A DNA stretch of 64,000 nt from Alphaproteobacteria bacterium (GCA_965225945.1 CBDDBZ010000038.1:256001-320000), one strand, 5' to 3'. Positions 19,498 through 29,842 are shown, counted from the first letter of the stretch. Notes: generated by a model from the letters alone, not told the origin. Numbers and translations are program-made.

Positions 19498-21003
19498 TTC
19501 TAATGGAGCGTCCGGACCTGGGCGTGTTCCGGACGTCGATTCGGCGAAAGATGGTGTATCGCGGCGGCTGTGCCTGATGATATCAGGATGAGCGCAGCCC
19601 CTTCACGCATGATCGTTGAATCGGGGTCGCCCTGACCTCGAACATCGAGAAAGGAGCGACGACGATGGCACATTTTGTAGGTCTGGATGTTTCGGTGAAG
19701 GAGACGGCGGTATGCGTCGTCGACGAGGTTGGCGAGGTGGTGTTGGAGCGGAAAGTACCGACCGAGCCGGATGACATCGTCACGCTGCTGACCTCGATCG
19801 GCGAGGCCTATGGCCGGGTCGGGATCGAAGCCGGTCCGCTCTCGCAATGGCTGGTCAACGGTCTGGCTGCTACCGGGCTGCCGGTTGTCTGCGTCGAGAC
19901 TCGGCACATGCAAGCGCTGCTCAAGGGGCAGCAGATCAACAAGAGCGACCGCAACGATGCACGCGGCATCGCCCAGATGATGCGGGTCGGGCTGTTCAAG
20001 CCGGTGCATGTGAAGACCCTGGTTGTCCAGGAGCAGCGGATGCTGCTGACCAGCCGCAAGCTGCTCCAGAGAAAACTGCTCGACGTCGAGAACGATCTAC
20101 GCGGGACGCTGCGCAACTTCGGTCTCGAGGTGGGCAAGGTCAGCACCCGCGGGTACGAGGCGCGGATCCGCGAGCTGGTCGAAGATTTTCCGAAGTTGGC
20201 CGCTATCGTGGAACCGCTGCTCACCGTCCGGCGAGTGATGCGCCAGCAATTCGCGGTCCTCCACAAAATGGTGCTCGACACGGTCCGCCATGACCCGGTC
20301 TGCCGACGGCTCATGACGGCACCCGGCGTCGGCGTGGTCGTCGCGCTGACCTACCGGGCTACCATCGATCAGCCGCAGCGCTTCGTTCACTCCAGGGCGG
20401 TCGGCGCGCATGTCGGCCTGACGCCGAAGCGCTTCCAGTCCGGCGAGATCGACTATGATGGTTGCGTGTCCAAGTGCGGCGACAGCATGCTCCGCACGAT
20501 GCTGTACGAGGCCGCGCAGTCCCTCCTCACCCACGGCCGGAAATGGTCCTGGCTGAAGGCGTGGGGCATGCGAGTGGCCCAGCGACGTGGCATGCGCCGT
20601 GCCATCGTCGCCGTCGCGAGGCGCCTGGCCGTAGTTCTGCACCGCATGTGGGTCGACGGCACCGAGTTCCGCTGGAGCAACGGCCCTGCTGACGCCGTCA
20701 AGGCGGATTGAACCTTCGACTGTACTGACAAGGAGATCAACGAGTTCTGCTTAGGCAGAGAGATGTCCTCACGGGGACGACGGGTGGGGTGAGTTCGTAA
20801 TGTCGGTAGACCCTGCCGCTGACCGGCGGCAAGGACGCGCGAAAGATTGAACCGCCTCATCCTCTGATCCCATCATGAGGTGGCCACGCGCCAACCTCGA
20901 AGAGAAGCAAGAGCCCCGTGCGGCAACATCCGCCAGTGCGGAACGACGTGAAGAAGGAATATGGCATGACGTAACCAGAAAGGGCTTGACCGAGGACGCG
21001 ATA
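19498..21003 (+). mobile_element. IS110-family (IS1111-like) element with long non-coding ends; boundaries approximate
   Basis: Transposase ORF; subterminal GCGTCC / GGACGC; outward TTGACC at 20986 and TCTAAT at the left end; ~290 bp non-coding 3' region. Confidence 0.7.
19665..20711 (+). CDS. IS110-family DEDD recombinase
   Basis: VGLDVS, GIEAG, KSDRNDA, APGVG and GLTPKRFQSG. Confidence 0.93.
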   Translation: MAHFVGLDVSVKETAVCVVDEVGEVVLERKVPTEPDDIVTLLTSIGEAYGRVGIEAGPLSQWLVNGLAATGLPVVCVETRHMQALLKGQQINKSDRNDARGIAQMMRVGLFKPVHVKTLVVQEQRMLLTSRKLLQRKLLDVENDLRGTLRNFGLEVGKVSTRGYEARIRELVEDFPKLAAIVEPLLTVRRVMRQQFAVLHKMVLDTVRHDPVCRRLMTAPGVGVVVALTYRATIDQPQRFVHSRAVGAHVGLTPKRFQSGEIDYDGCVSKCGDSMLRTMLYEAAQSLLTHGRKWSWLKAWGMRVAQRRGMRRAIVAVARRLAVVLHRMWVDGTEFRWSNGPADAVKAD

Positions 21004-21072
21004 GAGAAGCCGACATTCGGCCGTCGGCCCCCGCCGCATGCGCGCCATCCCGGCCCTGCTACACTCCCCACC

Positions 21073-21265
21073 ATGCTCCGCCTGGCCCTCCTGCTCACGC
21101 TCCTCCCCGCCCTCGCCCTGGCCGACGTCACCGGACCACCCCGTGTCATAGACGGTGACACGATCGAGGTCGCGGGCGAGCGCATCCGCCTTCACGGTAT
21201 CGACGCGCCGGAAAGCCGACAGACCTGCCGCCGCGATGGCACGACATGGCTATGCGGCGCCGAGG
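21073..21265 (+). pseudogene. Thermonuclease (SNase-like) N-terminal fragment
   Basis: Signal peptide, then VIDGDTI..RIRLHGIDAPESRQTC; similarity is lost after WLCG. Confidence 0.8.
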
Positions 21266-21440
21266 GGAACGTCGTCATCATCGGCCCTTCCGCTCTGTCC
21301 TGGCCACCTCCGCCTCGATCGCCGCCACCAGCCCGACCACGGCCCCGATGGGGCTCGCCGGCGATGTCGCCGCTCCGAATCCGCCGCCCAGCCGCGACAT
21401 GGAGCGCCTGAGACAGGTCGTCTCGCTTTAGGGCTGACAT

Positions 21441-21989
21441 TTGGCACATGATGCGTATCATGAGCTAATGAGATTGAAACCGCACACTGCTTCAGAGTCG
21501 AACCCTGTCACCGGTCTCGACCGTTCGTGTCTGAGCGCACCGGAGTTGGCGGAAGAGACACAGGCCACTCTGAGACAGGTCCAAATTTGGACCGATCATC
21601 GTATTCTGCTTGCCATACCAGCGACGGAACATCAGGGCCGCGGTAGTAAGCGACTGTACGAACCTGTCGAACTCGCGGTCGGCAATTTTACGTCTGTTCT
21701 GGCGCGATTAAAGTTTCCGATCGGCATGCTGAAGGGTTACGCAGGCGTGCTGCGCGGCTTCATCATTGAAACACAGCCGGAGGCGCACTACGAGGAACAA
21801 CCACGCGAATGGTATCGACGGGCGCTACGCGGGGATTTTGATAGCTGGCTGATATGCATTCCAGTGCTCATCGGTGGCAAGGTTCGTGTGGAATGGCAGG
21901 ACCGCGAGAATTTCTTCCAAATCATGAAGACCTATCGGACGGGTGTGGTGGTCGATGTTCGCGAGGTCATTTCGCCGTACCTGCGCTGA
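21441..21989 (+). CDS. Hypothetical protein with a MerR-like HTH
   Basis: LSAPELAEETQATLRQVQIW...GRGSKRLY pattern; start codon uncertain. Confidence 0.5.
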   Translation: MAHDAYHELMRLKPHTASESNPVTGLDRSCLSAPELAEETQATLRQVQIWTDHRILLAIPATEHQGRGSKRLYEPVELAVGNFTSVLARLKFPIGMLKGYAGVLRGFIIETQPEAHYEEQPREWYRRALRGDFDSWLICIPVLIGGKVRVEWQDRENFFQIMKTYRTGVVVDVREVISPYLR

Positions 21990-22167
21990 CGTTCAATTGA
22001 GTTGTGGATACATGGTACGATTCAAGGAACTACATTGTGAATTGGCACTTTAGGCCATGAGAGCAAGGACGCCAGTTCCCATAACACCTTATTCGTGCCA
22101 GTTCGGCTCGACACTGTTGATGCAATTTTGGCTGGCGGAGCGCGTGAGGGAGAGGCCGTACTGGTCA

Positions 22168-22345
22168 TGATCGATCCGGTCTACAAGATCGCTCTACCGC
22201 TGCCGGAGGCCGCCGAGGCAGTGGGCTTGACCGAGGGCGAATTCAAGGGCGCGGTGAAGCGCGGAGAGCTGCCGTCTGGCAAGCGGTACGGCGCCGTATG
22301 CTGTGGAGCTTGAAGGCGCTCGGGGAAGCTGTGGAGGGGCCTCTA
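22168..22345 (+). pseudogene. Excisionase/AlpA-like small HTH, frameshifted
   Basis: LPEAAEAVGL..FKGAVKRGELPSG, with MLWSLKAL in another frame; directly upstream of the integrase. Confidence 0.5.
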
Positions 22346-22379
22346 GGCGGCGATATCGACCTGGATAAGGAGCTGGGTA

Positions 22380-23537
22380 TTGGCGGCTAAGGCGATCCTC
22401 CCCAAATACACCCGTCCGAAGCGGCTCAAGGCCGGCGGCGTCGCCTACTATTGGGAGCCGCCGACCTGGGCTAAGAAGCGCGAGTGCCGGATCGTCGCCG
22501 AGCCGCTGGGCACCGACTTGGCACAGGCTGTCGCCCGGGCCAACATGCTGAACAAGAGCTTCGACAACTGGCGCACCGGCAAGCCGGGCGGACCAGCACC
22601 AGGCTCGGTGGATAGGCTGGTCGACTGGTATCAACGTCACCCGCGGTACCTTAAGCTCAAGCCAAAGACAAAACGCAGTTACGACCAGTGCCTCACCCTC
22701 TTGGCCAATATCGAGCTCAAGACCGTCAGGCTGGGTGAGGTGCGAGCGCACAAGATCGAGCCGAAGCACGCCGACGAAATCTATAGGCGCATCCAATGGG
22801 TCGGCGAGCGGCACCGGCTGGCGACGGCCAACGCGGTCATGCGTGTTGCGCAGGCGATGTGGAAGCTCGCACTGCGGGCCGGGCACGTGAAGCAGAATCC
22901 GTTTACCGCGATGGGCCTGGAGCAAACCGGCGGGCATACCGTCGCGGCGACCAGGGATCAGGTCTATACCTTCGTCGCCAAGGCCGACGAGATGGGCTAT
23001 CCGGCCATGGGCACCGCGACGGTCCTCGCATTCGAACTCTGCCAGCGTGAGGGCGACGTGATCGGCACCATAGCTTGGAACGATTACCGACCGGGCGATT
23101 CGATTCACGTGCGCCAGGCCAAGACCAACGAGCTGGTGTGGCTACCCTTGCGAGACGAAGACGGGCGGCTCTACCCCGAGGTGGAGGACCGGCTTGAGGC
23201 CACCCCGAAGCGCGGCACGCTGCTGGTGATGCGCGACCAGATCGACATTCGGTCCAAGACCTATCTCCCCTACAGCGAGCACCTGGTTCGCAAGCACTTC
23301 CGCAAGATTAGGGAAGCGGCGGTCCTGCCCGATTCCTTCACCTTCATGAGCCTCCGTCACGGCGGTTTGACCGAGCTTGGCGAGGCCGGGGCGACGGATT
23401 CGGAAATGATGGCGATCAGTGGCCACAAGACGCGCGGCATCCTCACCGTCTACAGCAAACAAACCCCTCAGCAGGCCGCCAATGCAGCGCGGAAACGGCG
23501 GGCGTGGCGAACGAAACAGGGGGTTTTGTCGGAATGA
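22380..23537 (+). CDS. Phage-type tyrosine integrase
   Basis: CQREGD, VRQAKT, SLRHGG, ISGHK and VY; ends 80 bp before the tRNA fragment. Confidence 0.85.
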   Translation: MAAKAILPKYTRPKRLKAGGVAYYWEPPTWAKKRECRIVAEPLGTDLAQAVARANMLNKSFDNWRTGKPGGPAPGSVDRLVDWYQRHPRYLKLKPKTKRSYDQCLTLLANIELKTVRLGEVRAHKIEPKHADEIYRRIQWVGERHRLATANAVMRVAQAMWKLALRAGHVKQNPFTAMGLEQTGGHTVAATRDQVYTFVAKADEMGYPAMGTATVLAFELCQREGDVIGTIAWNDYRPGDSIHVRQAKTNELVWLPLRDEDGRLYPEVEDRLEATPKRGTLLVMRDQIDIRSKTYLPYSEHLVRKHFRKIREAAVLPDSFTFMSLRHGGLTELGEAGATDSEMMAISGHKTRGILTVYSKQTPQQAANAARKRRAWRTKQGVLSE

Positions 23538-23560
23538 GTGTCGGAATGGTTGTCGGAATG
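23527..23560 (+). repeat. Three TGTCGGAATG direct repeats (12-bp period); putative integrase arm sites
   Basis: Seen at 23527, 23539 and 23551. Confidence 0.7.
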
Positions 23561-23616
23561 AAAATGGCCAGCATTACCCAGACCGGCGATTTTCGGTTTA
23601 GATCCAACCGATTAAA

Positions 23617-23662
23617 TGGTGGGCGCACACGGACTCGAACCGTGGACCCGCTGATTAAGAGT
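23617..23662 (-). other. 3' half of tRNA-Lys(CTT), an att core rather than a complete tRNA
   Basis: Reverse complement ACTCTTAATCAGCGGGTCCACGGTTCGAGTCCGTGTGCGCCCACCA gives the anticodon loop, T-arm and CCA. The D-arm and 5' half are absent. Confidence 0.85.
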
Positions 23663-23848
23663 TAATGACTAAAGCCTATCACTACCTAACGAATCAGAAG
23701 CTCCTATCTATAATAGATAACGGAATCAATTGACTTTAGTTGCATCTACCCTCACACTACCAACCACATAGGTAACAGCTCATATCAGCTTGTTATGTTA
23801 CCTCCCTGTTACCTTCCTGGAGCGCCTGATTTTCAGAGGAGCCGATGA

Positions 23849-25428
23849 ATGCCGCGTATCAAGCTCACGGCCGCCGCCGTAGAGCGCCTCAAGGCGCCCG
23901 ATGGCGGGCAGATCGATCATTTCGACGCCGCCTATCCCGGCTTGGCCCTGCGGGTGAGTGCGAGGGGTGTCAAGTCCTGGACCTATTTCGGGCGCGTCAA
24001 CGGCAAGTTGAAGCGCGTCACCTTGGGACGCTGGCCTTCGCTGACGCTGCCCAAGGCGCGCGAGATGGCCGGTCAAGAGGCCGATCGTATGAAAGCTAGT
24101 ATTGATCCTACCGCGGCGAAGCGTGCGGCCAGGAGAGAGCCGAAGGACAAGGATACGATCGAGGCCGTGGTGGCCGAGTGGCTCAAAAGGGACCAAGCCA
24201 GAAACCGCTCCAAGGCCGAGGTCGAGCGCCTCATGAACCGCGATGTGTTATCGAAGTGGCGGGGTCGGCGAATTGACACAATTTCCCGCCGAGACGTCGT
24301 CGAGCTAATCGACCGCATCGCCGATCGCGGAGCCGAGACGCTGGCGCGGCGACTACATGCCCATCTGCATCGCATGTTCCGATGGTGCGTGGCACGAGGC
24401 ATCCTCGAAACCAACCCGATGAGAGACCTGCCGAAGCCAGGCAAGGAGGTCAAACGAGACCGGGTGCTGAGCGATGATGAATTAAAGTGGATATGGTGCG
24501 CTGCGGGCGAGAACGGTTGGCCGTTTGGCCCGGCGGTCAAACTCTTGATTCTCACGGGCGCCCGACGCGATGAGATCGGCGGATTACGTTGGAGCGAAAT
24601 CGATGAGGAGCGCAGCCAGGTGCGGCTTGCGGGCTCACGGACAAAGAACAATGAAGCTCACATCATACCCCTGTCGGACCTCGCGCTTCGGACCATCAAT
24701 GAATCGGCGGAACAGCGCGATCGTCGAGGCGGCTGTTATCCTCTCGGCCTGGACCAAGGGGCGTTTTTGAGCGCAGCCGTGGAGATTGATGCGCTGGCGC
24801 CCCGAGCGAAATCGATGAGCCATGGACTGAGCGAATTCCAGTGCACCACCTCGTCGGCGGCCAAGCCGTTGAGCAACTTATCGGCCTCTGATAAAGGCGG
24901 CCTGCTCTCACCTGAGCCGGACATTCGAAGAACGCTCAGTATCGCGGTAAAAGCCGTTGGCTCATAGCTCCCCTGTCGGACCTCGCGCTTCGGACCATCA
25001 ATGAACTTCCGCGAATCTCCGACGATACTGGAAGATCCGTCTTTGTATTCACTACTACCGGATCAACGCCGGTCTCGGGCTGGTCTAAGGCAAAAAGGCT
25101 ACTTGACGTCAAGATAGAAGAGCTGCGCCAGAAAAATTCAAGCAAGATTGGCATCGATCCTAGCAGTGTTAAACCACTTCCCGCATGGCGGTTCCACGAC
25201 TTGCGTCGTACCGTTGCGACTGGGTTGCAGCGACTCGGCTTCCGGCTTGAAGTAATAGAAGCCGTTTTGGGGCATGTATCGGGTTCCCGTGCAGGAATCG
25301 TTGGCGTCTACCAACGCCATGGATTCGACGATGAGAAACAGATGGCGCTCGACGCTTGGACACGGGAGGTCGAGACGCTTTCTGTAGGCCCACCGGCTAA
25401 TGCCGTAGAGTTGGAGTGGGAGACTTAG
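23849..25428 (+). pseudogene. P4-like integrase interrupted by a 266-bp insert plus a 36-bp duplication
   Basis: Arm-binding N-terminus and LTGARRDEI before the insert; WRFHDLRRT, VLGH and GVYQR after it. Confidence 0.88.
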
Positions 25429-25431
25429 AAA

Positions 25432-26133
25432 ATGTCTTCTAAGCGCGCCAAGCGAGGCACCGGGATGACTGAACGGGAAGTATTGGAGATAGTCCCGCCC
25501 TTTGGTTCCGAAGAAGTCAGACATATGCTCTCCAATATCGAGCGACAACAAAGTTTCGAAGCACTTCACGGCACTTATCTTGAAGTCGCCTATCACTCGA
25601 TACTAGAGTCTAAGGGCATGATCTATGATGGCCAACTGAAGATCAGTGGTCGAGTGGCGACACGAGGTAAAGATTACGAAGACGATGACGAGGTGCATTT
25701 CTCATATCGAATTCTTCGTGAATTAGATGGTGTGAGGTGGGCAGTTAATAACAATCAACCTGAGAGCGCTGCAAAACATGGCGTGATGCTTGGGCGCTTG
25801 ACAAGTACGGCGGAGATAAAGTTTGCGTGGGAGCCGATTGCTCTACACGGACAGAAGTTTAGGAATGGTGCAAAACTACCAAGGCGCGACGCTCTAGCTC
25901 TAAAAATCTACGCAGCGCTGAAGGAGCTTGGCTTGAAGGCGTCTGCAAGAGACATATTTGATTGGTTAGTGAGAAATAAAGACGACAAAGTGCACGATTT
26001 TGACGAAGATAATGATACGATCTATTGGACCGACTTCGGTGGGAAAGAGAAAGCGACCAAGTATAAATCCTTTTTGAATCGCGTGTCGTCTCGGCGAAAA
26101 ATACTGCGCGATTTGGAAAGATCCAGACGGTGA
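25432..26133 (+). CDS. Hypothetical protein downstream of the integrase (lower GC)
   Basis: 233-aa ORF starting 3 bp after the integrase stop. Confidence 0.6.
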   Translation: MSSKRAKRGTGMTEREVLEIVPPFGSEEVRHMLSNIERQQSFEALHGTYLEVAYHSILESKGMIYDGQLKISGRVATRGKDYEDDDEVHFSYRILRELDGVRWAVNNNQPESAAKHGVMLGRLTSTAEIKFAWEPIALHGQKFRNGAKLPRRDALALKIYAALKELGLKASARDIFDWLVRNKDDKVHDFDEDNDTIYWTDFGGKEKATKYKSFLNRVSSRRKILRDLERSRR

Positions 26134-26139
26134 TTCGGA

Positions 26140-26505
26140 AAAGGCCCGGACAGGGTCAGGGGACGGTCTGAGTTCGGCTTTCGGGTGCGCCGGCTCGGCG
26201 TCTACCCCTCGGCCTTTGCCGGGAGGGGACATGCCGAGACGGAAGCAGGCGAGACGAACGATGGTGAAGGATGCACGGGCGACTCTGCGGTTGCACCTTC
26301 GGACACCAGGCCGCCAAGCTCGATCACTCCGTCCTATTCGTCCGAATGCCCAGGCTCTTCGAGGACCTCGCCATGGCCCGCCTCGATGGCAGCCTGCCCA
26401 GACTGATCGACCGGCTCGCCAGGGTCCAGCTCCTGATCCTCGACAACTGGGGAACCCACGGCCTGGCCGACCGGCAGCGCCTCGACCTCCTGGAAATCTT
26501 CACCG
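26140..26505 (+). pseudogene. Internally deleted IS21-family remnant: istA start fused to an istB mid-section
   Basis: [17 protein letters not shown] is followed by [23 protein letters not shown]...QLLILDNWG. Confidence 0.7.
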
Positions 26506-26805
26506 AAATCCGCAGAAAAAGACTTTTCCCGGTTATCGATTAGACGGGATTTCTGTTCGATAGAGTGCCTCCCGTGTTCTAACGCGTGGAGGCCACATTG
26601 ATTGTCAATCGGCGTTGAACATTGACCCCCTATCGGCGTGCAATGTTGACCCCTTTGGGGATGCACGGCGGAGGTCGTACAGGTAGTCCATAGGAGGGGC
26701 CCGCGCGCGGGCCGACGCGCCCACCACGCGGCTGGCGGCGGACCGCGCGTGGGAGGTTCCTGTGGGCCCACCTGGGTGACCGGGCGGCAGGTGGATCGGT
26801 TGCCT

Positions 26806-27534
26806 TTAGGACCGATTCTTGAAGCGCCAGGAGTCGTTTCCGGTCTCGATGATCTCGCAGTGGTGCGTCAGACGATCGAGGAGCGCGGTGGTCATCTTGG
26901 CGTCGCCGAAGACGGACGGCCATTCGCCGAAGGTCAGGTTGGTGGTGACGATGATCGAGGTGCGCTCGTAGAGCCGGCTGACGAGGTGGAACAGCAGCTG
27001 GCCTCCGGTTTGGGCGAAGGGCAGGTAGCCGAGCTCGTCGAGGATGACGAGGTCGCGCCGGGCCAGCTGATCGGCGAGCCGGCCCTGGCGGCCGGCGCGG
27101 GCTTCGGCCTCGAGCCGGTTGACCAGGTCGACGACGTTGAAGAAGCGGCCCCGGGCGCCATCGCGGATGCAGGCCCGCGCGATGGCGACGGCGAGATGGC
27201 TCTTGCCGGTGCCGGTGCCGCCGATCAGCACGGCGTTGCGCTGGTTGGCCAGGAAGCCGCCGACCGCCAACTCGCGGACCAGCGGCTCGTTGACCGGGGT
27301 GTCGGTGAAGTCGAAGTCGGCCAGCTCCTTGGCCAGCGGCAGCTTGGCGCCACTCATCTGGTACTTGATGGATCGCGCCTGCTTGTCGGCGATCTCGGCC
27401 TTCAACAGCTCGCCGATGATTCGCTGCATCGGATGCTGGCGCTTGAGGCCGTCGGCGAGCACCTCGTCGAACGCGTCGCGCATGCCGGCGAGCTTGAGTG
27501 CGGCCATCATCTCCAGGACCTCATGGCGCTCCAT
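26806..27534 (-). CDS. istB: IS21 helper ATPase
   Basis: Same protein as 15724-16452. Confidence 0.95.
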   Translation of the reverse strand: MERHEVLEMMAALKLAGMRDAFDEVLADGLKRQHPMQRIIGELLKAEIADKQARSIKYQMSGAKLPLAKELADFDFTDTPVNEPLVRELAVGGFLANQRNAVLIGGTGTGKSHLAVAIARACIRDGARGRFFNVVDLVNRLEAEARAGRQGRLADQLARRDLVILDELGYLPFAQTGGQLLFHLVSRLYERTSIIVTTNLTFGEWPSVFGDAKMTTALLDRLTHHCEIIETGNDSWRFKNRS

Positions 27535-29032
27535 GGCCGACCCCCCTCAAGCGGTCGTAGCGGGTGCAATCGGCCACCGGCTCAAAGCGAAGACGCAGGT
27601 TCGCGGGCGTCGGGATCGGCGCCGTCTCGGACGGCTGGCGCCGACGATTGAGGATGTTGAGCACGACGTCGGCGCTGCACACGCCGCCAGCGAGCGCCTC
27701 GGCACAGGCGGCCTCCACCGCCGCCAGCCCATCCGCCAGCACGGCGGTGAGGATCTCGACCATCTGCCTGTCGCCGTCGTCGTGGCCGGCGAGCCGGACG
27801 CGCACGCGACCCAGGGCGCCGGGCAGCGCCCAGTCCTTGAACGGCGCGCCGTTACGAAGCGCACCGGGCTTCCTCGCCAGCACGGGCACGTAGTGCCACG
27901 GGTCATAGACGGTCTGGTCGCGGCCGAAGCGCCGGGCATGCTCGGCGACGATCTCGCCGTCCTGGCGGATGACGATGCGATCGGCGTAGGCATGGACCTC
28001 GACCGGACGGCCGACGGCGCGCGCCGCCACGCTGTACTTGTTGCTGTCGAAGCGCACCAGGCAGGTCTTCGACACCGACGCCGGGACCGCGTGGAAGCCG
28101 TCGAACGGCCCGCGATAGCCGACCAGGGACGGACGCTCGTCCTCGAACACCTGCCAGACAGTCCTGTCCTTGAACACCGGGTGGGGATGACGCCGGGCGT
28201 AGGCGACGCACTGGTCCAAGAGCCAGGCGTTGAGTTCGTCGTAGGTCTTGAAGCGCAGCCGCGGGGTGAAGAACCGACCGCGGATGATCCCGACCTGGTT
28301 CTCGACCTGCCCCTTCTCCCATCCCGCTCCCGGCGTGCATGCTGTCGGTTCGACCAGGTAGTGGCCACACATCTGCACGAAGCGCCGGTTGAACGCGCGC
28401 TCCTTGCCGATGAGGACGGTCTGCACCGCCGTCTTCATGTTGTCGTAGATGCCTCGCCGGCAGGCACCCTGGAACAGCCGGAATGCCCGGTCGTGGGCGT
28501 CGAACACCATCTCCTGGCTCTCGCGCGGATAAGCGCGGACGAAGAACATTCGGCTGTGGCACAGCCGGACGTGCGCGACCTTGACCTTGGTCGTCACCCC
28601 CGCCAGCACCACGTACTCGTGGCTCCAGTCGAACTGATAGGCCTCGCCCGGCGAGAACACCAACGGCACATAGGTCTGCGCCGTCGATGCCGAACGGCGC
28701 CACCGCCACGCCTTGGCGTAGCGCCGCACCGCGTCGTAGCCGCCGCCATAGCCCAGACCCTCGAGGGCTTCGGAGATCCGTAGCAGCGTCAGCCGCTCCC
28801 GCTTCGACTTGGTCTCGTTGGCCTCCAGCATCCGCTCCAGCTCGGCCGTCCACGGCCCCAGCTTCGGCATCGGCTGGACCCGCCGGTCGTAGGTGAACGC
28901 CGTCGCCTGCGAACAGATCACCTTGCGCACCGTGTTGCGCGAGACCTTCACGTCCCGCACGATCTCCTTGATCGGCTTCCCCTTGACGAAATACTCCCGC
29001 CGGATCCGCGCTATCGTCTCCACGACCAACAT
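27521..29032 (-). CDS. istA: IS21 transposase
   Basis: Same as 16439-17950 except KVIRS changed to KVICS. Confidence 0.95.
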   Translation of the reverse strand: MLVVETIARIRREYFVKGKPIKEIVRDVKVSRNTVRKVICSQATAFTYDRRVQPMPKLGPWTAELERMLEANETKSKRERLTLLRISEALEGLGYGGGYDAVRRYAKAWRWRRSASTAQTYVPLVFSPGEAYQFDWSHEYVVLAGVTTKVKVAHVRLCHSRMFFVRAYPRESQEMVFDAHDRAFRLFQGACRRGIYDNMKTAVQTVLIGKERAFNRRFVQMCGHYLVEPTACTPGAGWEKGQVENQVGIIRGRFFTPRLRFKTYDELNAWLLDQCVAYARRHPHPVFKDRTVWQVFEDERPSLVGYRGPFDGFHAVPASVSKTCLVRFDSNKYSVAARAVGRPVEVHAYADRIVIRQDGEIVAEHARRFGRDQTVYDPWHYVPVLARKPGALRNGAPFKDWALPGALGRVRVRLAGHDDGDRQMVEILTAVLADGLAAVEAACAEALAGGVCSADVVLNILNRRRQPSETAPIPTPANLRLRFEPVADCTRYDRLRGVGHGAP

Positions 29033-29147
29033 CCCCCACCACCTCGTCCGCCCAAAAACGAGGTGACTTGGACTAGCCAGGCTCAGGGGGTCAAATTTGG
29101 ACGCCGATCACCCCTCAACAGGGGTCAACTTTGCACGCCGTTCCACA

Positions 29148-29534
29148 CAGATGATCGGCAAACTCGTAGCGGCGCCGCTCGGGCATCTCCTCGATCGCTT
29201 GAACCAGATGGCGCAGCGGATCCGCGCGCAAGAGCTTGCGCCCCCCTGGCGCGACGATCAGGCGATGCGTGCGCCGGTCGGCCTCGACCCACACGCGCCG
29301 CAGCAGGTCCCGGGCGACCAGGGCGTTGATCGTCTGCGAGGCACTGGACGGCGAGGTCTTGTTGTATTTGGCGAAGTTGCCGACGGTCCGGGCGCTTTCC
29401 TCGGAATTGGCGAAGTATCTGAGCGCGGTCCACTGCGTCGGCCGCAGGCCGCCCGTGAACCCCAGAGAGTAGGAGATCTGCGCGATGGTCTCGAGTATCT
29501 CCGCCGCAGCCTCCGAAGAGATCTTCGCCGCCAT
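29148..29534 (-). pseudogene. MarR-family regulator, 3'-truncated by IS21
   Basis: GLRPTQWTALRYF, SSASQTINALVARDLL and DRRTHRL wing; runs into the IS end. Confidence 0.75.
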
Positions 29535-29720
29535 GACGAACCGCCGCTTCACGACACACCGGCACGGCTCACGTCTTCCGTGGGGCACACGCGCCGCCGA
29601 TGCTAGAGCATGATCCGACCGCCCGCTTCGCCCGGCCTCGGCCGGCCCCGGCGTAGGCGAGTGGTGTAGCCCCGAATGGTGGCGAATGGCAACCTCGCGA
29701 TCGGCTCGCCTTGCGCCTAT

Positions 29721-29808
29721 GATGACGACTCGATGACGACTCGATGACGACATGGGGACGACATCGGGACGACATGGGGACGACATCGGGACGACATCGG
29801 GACGGCCC
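29721..29808. repeat. Eight 11-bp tandem units with a GACGAC core
   Basis: GACGAC at 29724, 29735, 29746, 29757, 29768, 29779 and 29790; GACGGC at 29801. Confidence 0.9.
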
Positions 29809-29842
29809 CATGGGGTCGGCCGGCAATAGAGGAGGGACGTCG

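Larger units (their letters stand above)
26603..29147 (-). mobile_element. IS21-family element, copy 2, no TSD
   Basis: Near-identical to 15521-18065; flanks ACATTGAT and CAGATGAT differ. Confidence 0.95.

Noticed and set aside
23617-23700. Complete tRNA-Lys gene
   Set aside because: Similarity stops at the anticodon loop; there is no D-arm or 5' acceptor strand.
24668-25005. CRISPR-like repeat-spacer-repeat (36-bp repeats)
   Set aside because: The repeat is integrase coding sequence, the gap is 266 bp, and there are only two copies.
15521-29147. Composite transposon bounded by the two IS21 copies
   Set aside because: Copy 1 has its own TSD inside the IS91-like gene, and the outer flanks do not match.
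29721-29808. CRISPR array
   Set aside because: The units are contiguous 11-mers with no spacers, and no cas genes are present.
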